A stretch of DNA of 55,611 bases, the filler included, from Fonticula-like sp. SCN 57-25 (Eukaryota): assembly GCA_001724245.1 (NCBI GenBank). It is 2 parts of 2 records of this genome, joined end to end, with 100 filler letters (N's around TTAATTAATTAA, not from the genome) between each part and the next. Parts side by side here need not be neighbours in the genome. Positions count along the whole stretch, not along the records: positions 1 to 28,824 come from MEDX01000103.1; positions 28,925 to 55,611 come from MEDX01000105.1. One strand, 5' to 3'. Below, in pieces: positions 23,931 to 32,233 of the stretch (the stretch's first letter is position 1; the number at the start of each line of letters is the position of its first letter). Position numbers and translations under genes: made by a program. A model generated the notes under the pieces. It saw nothing but the letters and a program-made list of their open reading frames with translations. It had not been told where the DNA came from and made no database searches.

Positions 23931-26268
23931 ATGAACTCAAACAGCAGCAGTAGTAGCAGGCTTCCGTCGCCTCCCCTCACGGCGCCCACTGCGGGCATTC
24001 TCCCAGCGCCGACCCCCATTGTGATCCCCACGACACAGCATGCCGGCAGCTTTGACGCATCGGCGGCATCGGCATCTACCTCGCCGCGATCGCCGTCGGG
24101 GTCCGGGCACCTCGGCCAGCGCCGCGGGCCCATGCAGGCCATTCGCCAGCTGAGGCGCGCGGCCGGCGGCGCGGCAGCCGACTTTGGATCAACGGGATCC
24201 CTCGGCGGCGGGAGCAGCGTCCCGTTCCACATCGACAGGCTCAGATCCCTCTTTGGCGAGATCGAGAACGAGGTGCGCGCTCATTGAATACTTAATTATG
24301 GTGTTTCTTATGCGTTTTCCTATTTGTTTTGATATACAGGTAACGTCAATACTTGAAGAAAACCAAGCGCGTACGTCCCGTTTTATGATCTCCTCCCTTC
24401 TTTGTTTTGTTTACTGACCCGGATCCCCCATGCAGTGAGGCGCAGACTGGAGCGCTACGAACCAAACGTCGACTTTGACTACGCCGACGAGGACGTCTTT
24501 TACGAGCGCAGCGGCAAGGCGACGCCTCCTGTCGGCGCAGTGCGGGTGCGCGATCCCCATTTCCACCATCACCCGATGCCTGATGCTGATGCTGATGATG
24601 GTGATCAGAGGGAAAGGATATCGAGGAATACGTGGACGCCGACGCGCAAGTACCTCGGGCACCGCGACTGCGTGTGGGAGGTGACGATGGCGCAGGCGAG
24701 GCACGCGTGCTTGGGGACGGCGTCGGCGGACCGCACGGCGCGGCTGTGGAGCCCAAACTATCAGAGCAATGTTTACAACTATGCGGCGCACAAGGGATCA
24801 GGTGCGAGGAAAAGTGAAGAAAATTGTGTGGTTTTGAAGAGGGAAATTTATTGTTTTGCTGTTGTTTTAGTGTTGTTTTGGTGGTTTTTGCGTCATTTTT
24901 GGTGTTGCCGAAACTATGATGGTGTATTTTATGAGTTAATCTTGTCTCCTTTATGGTATCTTCTATGGTAACTTTTATGATATATTTTTTGATATATTTT
25001 ATGATGATTTTTGTGTTGTTTTCGTGACAATTGTGCATCAAATTGTGTTGTTTTTGTGTCACTTTTTTTTCCTTTTTCCTCTATTTCCACTCTTTATCGC
25101 TCTCTTTTCTCACATACTTCTTCCCATCAGTAAATTCGATTCGGTTCCACGCGACCGATTCCCTTGTCTGCACCGCTTCTGGCGACCGCACCGTCCACGT
25201 GTGGCGCATTCCCGCCGTCGTCACAAAAATCCTCGGCCAGGCGAGCGCCGTCCCCGCCGAAGCGCAGCGCCGCAACAGCATCTCGGGCGCGACGATCCCC
25301 GGCATCGACGATCTTGCCAATCTCACCGGCAAAGGTACATAAAATCCACCCATGAATCCGGTGCTGACTTTTTGGTAGTGCCGCTGGTGCGCCTGAGTGG
25401 GCATGGCGATGCGGTGAGCGCCGCCGACTGGTACGCGGGCGGAACGCGCATCGTGTCGGCTGGCTGGGACAAGGCGGTGCACCTATGGGACGCGCAGGCG
25501 AGCGGGTCTCCTTTGTCGATCTTGCCAGGTACGCGCGGGATCTCTTTTTTTGACGTTTTCCCGCCAAATTCGTGCTGATCACGCCGATCGCACAGGGCAT
25601 CAGGGCCGCGTGACGGGTGTCGCGGTGCACGCGACGGACGACGTGCTTGCGACGTCGAGCGCCGACGGGACAGTGCGGCTGTGGGACCCGCGAAAGCCGA
25701 CGGGCGTCGTCGACAGCGTCAAGGTCCACGCCGCGTACGTCTCGCAAACTGCAAACTGTGTGGCTTATGGTATCTTTTATAGAAATGTGACGTCGGTGGT
25801 GTTTTCGCGGACCGACTCTTATATTGTGACAGCGTCGGACGACCGCTACGTAAAGGTGTGGAACCTAAAGTTTATGCGGTCGCCCATCAGCATCATTCGG
25901 AACGATGCGGGTGTCAACAGGTGCGCGAGAGGGAAAAGTGGGCGCAAATTTTGCGCAAAGTGGGAAAATGGGTGTGAAAGTGTGTGGAAAGTGAGCAAAA
26001 GTGGCCTTTTTTCCTTTTCTTTCATTCTCATGCCGTGATTAGGATCGCCATCTCGCCGGTTGGGAATCTGATTGCGGCGCCGCTCGATGACGGCGGCATC
26101 CGCATTTTCGATGTGAGCGGCGGGCGCGCCATGAAGATCCCGCGCTCGCTTCAAGGGCACCGCAAGGGCGTCACCGGGACGGCGTGGGCGCACGATGACG
26201 CGGCCATCTTTTCGTCCGGGTACGCCGAGGACGTCTTCAAGTGGGAGCCGAGCTGGGGCGCGGAATAG
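23931..26268 (+). CDS. WDR37: WD40-repeat protein WDR37-like, multi-exon
   Basis: RLRSLFGEIENE coiled-coil motif; YLGHRDCVWEV, LGTASADRTARLW, YAAHKGS|VNSIRFH, TASGDRTVHVW follow the WDR37 repeat order. Confidence 0.85.
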
Positions 26269-26359
26269 ATCATAATAGGAAAGAAACGTGCCAGAAATGT
26301 AATATTATACGCTGCAACTAAATAGAAAGGAACAATTAATGAGCATAAAGAGTCATTTT

Positions 26360-26570
26360 CTAGTTCTTTCTGCTCTTCTGCTCGACATTCTTGAACCAGT
26401 TGGCGAGCTCGTTAAAGTGATCCTTGATGTTTGGAAGCTGCGAAACAAAAAGGTTAACTACCTCAAAAAGACGCAATAAAAGCATATACCTCGTAGTTTT
26501 GAGCAAGAAAGGCGCCCGCTACCGTGCCGATGGTCGCACCAGCGCTAAAAAACGTCCACCGATGGTGCAT
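26360..26570 (-). CDS. STMP1: Short transmembrane mitochondrial protein 1 (STMP1/DUF4535)-like microprotein (exons 26570-26490, 26437-26360)
   Basis: Spliced product MHHRWTFFSAGATIGTVAGAFLAQNYE|LPNIKDHFNELANWFKNVEQKSRKN carries the GxxxGxxxAQNYxxPN signature. Confidence 0.8.
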
Positions 26571-26600
26571 TGTCCCTGATGATCGCTGACAGAAGCGGAT

Positions 26601-26640
26601 TATAACCGACCAAAACCGACCAAAACCGACTATAACCAAC
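26601..26640. repeat. Four tandem 10-bp units: tataaccgac, caaaaccgac, caaaaccgac, tataaccaac
   Basis: Directly visible. A similar array lies at 16908-16946. Confidence 0.8.
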
Positions 26641-26833
26641 CCGATCGCGCGGGAAATCATCCGATGAAACGTAACCGTCCATGACTTTTGATTTAATGTG
26701 ACCTGACGAATAAAAATATGTTTCAAACAAAGAACAACGTACGTATAAAGCGGTGTCCATTTTGTTCTGTTCGTCATTCAACAACGCAGGACGCCGACCA
26801 ACGACTGCTCCACGGTACCAACGTCGCGTATCG

Positions 26834-27529
26834 ATGCGTGCCAGGGCAGAGCACTACGGCCCCCACCTGATCACCGCCGCCCATGCGCGTCGCACACTCG
26901 ATATCTCAAGGACCACGCTGCGACGCTGGTGCGACCTCGGTCGCGTGCGGTTCACCGTCGCCGATGGTAACCGGCGTTACCACGTCGCCGACCTTGAGCG
27001 TGAGCTCGGTGCCAGCGTCCCCGCGTCCACCGCCCCGGAAAAGGCGCGCGTCATCTACGCCCGCGTCTCGTCCACCCACCAACGCGCCGACCTCGACCGC
27101 CAAGTCGCCGACCTCCAGCGCGCCTACCCACAGCACGAGCTCGTCACCGACGTCGCCTCCGGGATCAACTGGCGCCGCCCCGGCCTGCGTGCCCTTCTGG
27201 AACGCGTCCTCGCAGGCACTGTCGCTGAGATTGTGGTGGCCCACCGCGACCGGCTCTGCCGCTTCGCCTTTGACCTCGTCGAGTTCGTCTGCTCCCAGTC
27301 CGCGTGCCGCATCGTGGTTCACGGTAGCCACGACACCGAGACCAGCGAGCTCGCCGACGACCTCCTCGCCATCGTCACCGTGTTTGTCGCGCGCAATAAC
27401 GGAGAGCGTTCGGCGCACAACCGGCGCCAGCGACGCGAACACGAAGCCGCAGCACGCGTCCAAGCGCCAGAAGACCGACAAGCCTCCACCCACGCGAGTG
27501 CGCAAGATACGACTCTTCCCGTCGCCTGA
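26834..27529 (+). CDS. tnpA: IS607-family serine recombinase/transposase TnpA
   Basis: N-terminal MerR-like HTH (ARRTLDISRTTLRRW...GNRRY); catalytic IYARVSS (Ser at 27068); DLDRQV; DVASGINWRRPGL; AHRDRLCRFAFDL; ELADDLLAIVTVF. Confidence 0.95.
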   Translation: MRARAEHYGPHLITAAHARRTLDISRTTLRRWCDLGRVRFTVADGNRRYHVADLERELGASVPASTAPEKARVIYARVSSTHQRADLDRQVADLQRAYPQHELVTDVASGINWRRPGLRALLERVLAGTVAEIVVAHRDRLCRFAFDLVEFVCSQSACRIVVHGSHDTETSELADDLLAIVTVFVARNNGERSAHNRRQRREHEAAARVQAPEDRQASTHASAQDTTLPVA

Positions 27530-28697
27530 CGAGGCCGCGACGCTGCGCCGCTGGGTCGGTACAGCGCGCTGGACGTACAACGCGTGCCTCGCGGCGGTCA
27601 AGGGCGGCACGCCGCGGACGCTCGCTGCGCTGCGCGCTGCATGCCTCAACGCTGATTCACCTTTGCTACAAGCGAACCCGTGGGCCGCTGAGACACCGTA
27701 CGACGTCCGCGACGAGGCGCTACGCGACCTGCTCAAGGCGTACGACAGCACCTTCGCAGCCAAGCGACCCCGCTTTACCATGCGCTTCCGCTCCAAGAAA
27801 GCGGACGCCGAGGCCATCGTCGTCCACGCCAAGCACTGGGTGCACAAGCGCGGTGTCTACGCGTTCCTCGCTCGCATGCGCGCTGCAGAGCCGCTCCCTG
27901 ATGTACTGGGGTACGACGCGCGACTCGTGCGTGAGCGCTACGGCCGCTACTTCCTATGCGTACCACTTCCGGCGCCAGCACCTGTGATCTCGGGCGAGAA
28001 CCAAGCCCGAGCACCACGCGTTGTTGCGCTCGACCCTGGCGTGCGCACGTTCCTCACCGCGTACGATCCCGCGGGCGACGCGCACGAGATCGGTAAGGGC
28101 GACGTCTCGCGTCTACACAGGCTCGCGCACGCCGCTGACGACCTCCAGTCACGCTGGACGCTCATCCGCAATGGTACCGCGTCCATCTTCCCGGTGCCAG
28201 AGCACTACGCGCACTGGTCGCGTGCAGACTACCGCCACCGACTCGTCTACCGGCAGAAGCGCGCTGCCGCTCGGATACGGCGTCGCGTACGCAACCTCGT
28301 CGACGAACTCCACCGCCAGGCGGCACGCTGGCTCGCGCGTGAGCACGACGTCGTCCTGCTCCCTGTCTTTGACACGCAACGGATGGTACGTCGCTCGCCC
28401 GCGCGAAAGCTCAGCAGCAAGTCGGCGCGCGGCCTCGTTACGTGGTCCCACTACCGCTTCCGTACCCACTTGCTCCACAAGGCACGCGAGCTCCAGTGCG
28501 ACGTCGTACTATGCAACGAGGCGTACACGAGCAAGACGTGTGGCGCGTGCGGCCACCTCCATGCTGCGCTCGGAGGAAGCAAGGTGTTCCGCTGCCCGTC
28601 GTGCGGGGCGACAGCGGACCGCGACGTTCACGCCGCGCGCAACATCTTGTTGCGCTACATGAGTACGGGGCCTTCGGCCTCGTACGTTGGGGCTTGA
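26883..28697 (+). CDS. Fanzor2 (eukaryotic TnpB-like) RNA-guided endonuclease; conserved part starts near 27490, true start uncertain
   Basis: RKIRLFP...LRRWVGTARWTYN (HTH_OrfB-like); TPYDVRDEA; RuvC-I VALDPGVRTF (D at 28032); LLPVF in place of the canonical Glu; relocated Glu in CNEAYTSKTC (28518); CGAC..CPSC zinc finger; RuvC-III DRDVHAARNI (D at 28623). Confidence 0.93.
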   Translation: MRVAHSISQGPRCDAGATSVACGSPSPMVTGVTTSPTLSVSSVPASPRPPPRKRRASSTPASRPPTNAPTSTAKSPTSSAPTHSTSSSPTSPPGSTGAAPACVPFWNASSQALSLRLWWPTATGSAASPLTSSSSSAPSPRAASWFTVATTPRPASSPTTSSPSSPCLSRAITESVRRTTGASDANTKPQHASKRQKTDKPPPTRVRKIRLFPSPDEAATLRRWVGTARWTYNACLAAVKGGTPRTLAALRAACLNADSPLLQANPWAAETPYDVRDEALRDLLKAYDSTFAAKRPRFTMRFRSKKADAEAIVVHAKHWVHKRGVYAFLARMRAAEPLPDVLGYDARLVRERYGRYFLCVPLPAPAPVISGENQARAPRVVALDPGVRTFLTAYDPAGDAHEIGKGDVSRLHRLAHAADDLQSRWTLIRNGTASIFPVPEHYAHWSRADYRHRLVYRQKRAAARIRRRVRNLVDELHRQAARWLAREHDVVLLPVFDTQRMVRRSPARKLSSKSARGLVTWSHYRFRTHLLHKARELQCDVVLCNEAYTSKTCGACGHLHAALGGSKVFRCPSCGATADRDVHAARNILLRYMSTGPSASYVGA

Positions 28698-28785
28698 CCC
28701 TTCCGTGCCTGTCGCGAGACAGCATGGTACAGGACTGAACGCTTTGTTCAGTTTTCATTCAAGCGTCCATCAATCAAAAGCTCTT
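28660..28785 (+). ncRNA. Predicted omega-RNA (fRNA) scaffold plus flank-derived guide; 5' boundary uncertain
   Basis: Consecutive hairpins: 28663-28685 (cUUCGg-capable), 28689-28700, 28703-28727 (GCGA tetraloop), 28733-28753. They overlap the Fanzor stop codon and end near the inferred right end. Confidence 0.7.
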
Positions 28786-28824
28786 AAAAGCGACTGGAAA
28801 ACAACTTGAAAGTGCGTTAAAATA

Positions 28825-28923
28825 NNNNNNNNNNNNNNNNNNNNNNNNNNNNNNNNNNNNNNNNNNNNTTAATTAATTAANNNNNNNNNNNNNNNNNNNN
28901 NNNNNNNNNNNNNNNNNNNNNNN
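28825..28923. other. Artificial contig linker / assembly gap
   Basis: N-run, TTAATTAATTAA (stops in all six frames, 28869-28880), N-run. Confidence 0.95.
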
Positions 28924-31530
28924 NGGGCGCAATGGGCCATGAATTCACAGACACTTTCATATGTTTGTCTACGAGCGAAAGTACAGGTGCGTTTGGCTTT
29001 GCTCTATTCATTTCGTGCTAAAAATCGATGCACAGGAGACGCAGCAGCGCGGCGAGGTTGCCTTGCGGCGAGTGCTCTTTTTAGAGGACGGGCGGCAGGA
29101 AATAACGCTTGATGTGACGCTGCCGCCGCGCTTTGGGCGGCACCAGATGGAGGACTTTGAGTACATGCACCTGCCGTGCTCGCGCACCGTCCCCGAGGCA
29201 AACTCGCACATGGAGCTCGTGCGCGTGGACAACAATGCGCTGTGCCTGTGCCTGCAGTGGCTCGACGACTCGTCGACCTCGCGCAACATCAACATCAGCG
29301 TCTTTTTAATATACTCGCGCTGCAAGGTGGACTTTGTCATCCCGATGTCGTCGGCGTCGCCGAGCGCGGTCGCCCTCACACAGGTCTTTTTCACCACGCT
29401 AAGTGCGCTTGTTTGCTTTTCATTTTTTCCGTTGCTCACCGTTTGCGCCAGACCACATGTTGGTAATCTACCTTCCCGGTCACTACCTGCAGCTGCTCGA
29501 CTGCAGCTCGGACCACGACCCGTGCCACAGCTTTTCCGCGCTTGGCCCCGACCGCGTCCCCCCTCTGCCCGGCCAGGACGAGTCGGGCGACAGCGCGGTC
29601 TTCCTCACGCACATTGAATCGATCCCGAACGTGGTGCTCGAAGCCGACTCGCCAGCCTCGGCGATGGCCGTGGGCGGTTTCGGGTTCGCCATGTTTGACA
29701 GCCGGACGGACACGGCCTACAGGTACCGGTTTGACGAAAAGGCGCTGCTGGACATGTTTGTAAAGACGCCGCCGGGGATCGCCCACGTGCAGGCGATGCA
29801 CCTCGCGCTCGCGCACCTGCAGGACCCGCAGCTCGTCCTGCGCATCGTGCGGACGCTGTGCGACACCCAGCCGCGCACCGTCACGGCCGACCTCTTAAAA
29901 GAGTTTTTGATTGGGACGACGTACATGTCGATCCGCAGCCTAAAGACGGACGCCGGCTTCAAGGTCGACGCCGAGTACCTGCGCCTGCTGCCCGTCACGA
30001 CGCTCGCGAGCATCGTGGACGAGCTCGAGGAGCGCCGGCGGCCGGCCGAGCGCGCCACGAGCATGCAGACTGTCGGCGAGGAGCAGTACCGCCCCTTCAA
30101 CATTCGCGCCGGCCAGCGCTTTTCCTTTGAGCTCATGCTCGGGCCGCCGTCGCTCCTGTCAAAGGCCGTCCACGCGCAGCCGTCTGGGCTCGCTTCGTCA
30201 TTCCTGGGAAGCCCGCGCTGGCGCAACCGGTTTGACAACGTGCTCTCGCGCGTGTTTGGCAGCCCGAGCCCCGACCGTACGCGCTTTTCTTCTTCTTTGT
30301 CTCTTTGTACTGACATTGTCTTAGCGTCGACGACGCGGAAGCGCTCCGGGAACGACGACGTTGACGACGACAACCGCCTTCGCCAGCGGTTCCTCGACGT
30401 CCTCACGCACTTTACGTCGACGTTTGTCTCCAAGGACGTGCGGCCGCGCTGCGCGGGCTACTCGGCCGAGTATGCGCGCTGCCAGTTTGCGCAGGCCGCG
30501 CAGCTCTGGGGCTGCATCGACGACACAGAGGGGTGCGCACCTACATGTGCAGCTTGGCCGTTTGCTGAATTGAACCTGTTAGGTTGCCGAATATCCACCA
30601 GCTTTTGAGGGAGCACCGGCAGGGCGCCTCCATGCAGCAGTATCTCCCGATGTTCCAGCTGCTCGAGAGCATGTACTGCGCCATCGAGGAGCTCTACTAC
30701 CCGTTCCCCGACTCGTACCACAGCAAGTTTGCGGTGCTGGGGTTCCACGTTCTTCCGCGACAGTGCGCCGCCCCTAGCTTGCATTTCGTATCACTAAACT
30801 CTTCCTGCAGTGTGTATATTCAGTATGTTGAGCGCGGTGTGTTCCGCATGACCGAGGCCGTCATCGAGCACATTGTCGTCCAGGTGCTCGGCGAGGCCAC
30901 GACCGAGGCCGACCAGCACTTCAAGTGGCTGCTTCTCTCGCGCGTTCGGTCTAGGGTACGCCTTTTCTCGCCCCTTTTTCTTTTGTTTTCGCGCATGCAC
31001 TGACATTTTTGTTGCAGAAAATCTTTGAGAAAATGCTTCGCAAGATTCCCGACGCCGCGACCAAGGTGGTCGAGCTTGCCATCGCGTCCCACCTCGGCAA
31101 CTGTACGACACACTTTATTGCGCTCGCGCGTCTCACGCTGTGCACGTAGCGTTTGATGTGGAGGACGAGGACGACGGCGAGCCGGAGTCGGCGGACCTTA
31201 CCGATGACCAGTTGGTACGCGACGCGGACATCCGCATGTCTTTGGCTGACGCAGTGTGGACAGGACGCGGCAACAAAGGAGCAGGTCGATCTGGACGAGC
31301 CCAGCTTTATCCCTCTCAGTGTCTTTTTGCAGCACCTGCGCAACAAGGGCATCCGCGCGTCCGAGCTCACGCACGCGTCGCGGACGCTGGCGCACAGCTT
31401 TGAGCCGTCGGCGTCGTTTGAGGCGCTGCGGGCCGGCAGCGACCCTGGCATGCTGCGCAACGGGTCGAGCCCATCGTCCGAGCTGCTGGCCGCGCATAGA
31501 GCGACCGCGCCGCGAGCGGGTGCCGTGTAG
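28924..31530 (+). CDS. GSAP: Gamma-secretase-activating protein (GSAP/pigeon)-like, 5'-truncated by the gap, multi-exon
   Basis: [16 protein letters not shown]...PCH and the C-terminal GSAP-16K-like [23 protein letters not shown]...LGFHVLP...QYVERGVF. Confidence 0.75.
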
Positions 31531-31664
31531 TTTTCCCATTTGAATATCCTTTGAGCTGCTCATTACCCCAATAAACTGTACTTTTTTCTCATGTAATTCT
31601 GGTATTATTGTTGCAGGCAGACTTCCAAGGGGGTAAAGATAAGCGAATTCAGGCTTCTTCTCCT

Positions 31665-31962
31665 CTAGATGTCGGCAGGGAAGCGGCCTTCGCTGCGCTC
31701 CGTATCCCAGCGCTCGACCTGAAATACACCGTGAGCGACTTGAAACGGCCAAATGTAAAGAGAGAAATGCGACGGGACGTACCCACTGCTCGGGGCAGAG
31801 CGAGCGGTAAGTGCGGAGGAACTGCTTGCAGACCTCAGCGCCCTCACCCTTGATCTTCTCGCACCGGTGGAAATCAACATAGTTCTGCCAGCAGTTCTTG
31901 CTCTGGTTCGTGTTAGGGAACCGGGCATCGAACTGCGGGGTTTGAATAACAGCGTCCGACAT
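31665..31962 (-). CDS. COX6B: Cytochrome c oxidase subunit 6B (2 exons)
   Basis: [24 protein letters not shown]...C...YRSLCP.QW|VERWD..R.EG.FP. Confidence 0.96.
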
Positions 31963-32233
31963 GACTGGCAGAGGACTGTGCCAAAAGTGTCAATACGCAG
32001 CGTCAATGGGCAAAAAAAGATGCGGAAAAAAAGAATAAGCAGCGGCAAAAATGTTCATTCTCTGCCCTTTGCAAAGGCAGCGCCGCATTGCGCAAATAGC
32101 GCGAAACAATGGCCAGAAACTTCCCCGAATCCCTCCATCCCGAAACCACGGCACGCACCCGCAGGGAAAAAGTGAAACCTCGTGACGTCACCGATTCCGT
32201 TATGTGTCGTCATCACAATCTAGTGACGTCATC
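31963..32233. promoter_or_regulatory. Bidirectional promoter (COX6B/TMEM209) with two CRE/ATF sites
   Basis: GTGACGTCAC at 32182-32191 and TGACGTCA at 32224-32231. Confidence 0.55.

Larger units (their letters stand above)
26753..28765 (+). mobile_element. IS607-family transposon carrying a serine recombinase and a Fanzor2/TnpB nuclease (boundaries inferred)
   Basis: tnpA plus tnpB-like ORFs without introns. AAGCG occurs at both 26748-26752 and 28761-28765. Imperfect direct repeat TTTGTTCWGTT..TCATTCAA just inside both ends. Confidence 0.88.

Noticed and set aside
26906-27847. 313-aa minus-strand ORF inside the IS607 element
   Set aside because: Antisense to tnpA/Fanzor with no recognisable domain; expected from GC-rich codon usage.
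26685-28780. 9-bp inverted match CTTTTGATT / AATCAAAAG flanking the element, as possible TIRs
   Set aside because: Too short, AT-rich and does not extend; IS607 elements lack TIRs.
31198-31962. 254-aa extended COX6B ORF
   Set aside because: Read-through of the intron; the spliced gene ends at 31665 with the canonical C-terminus.
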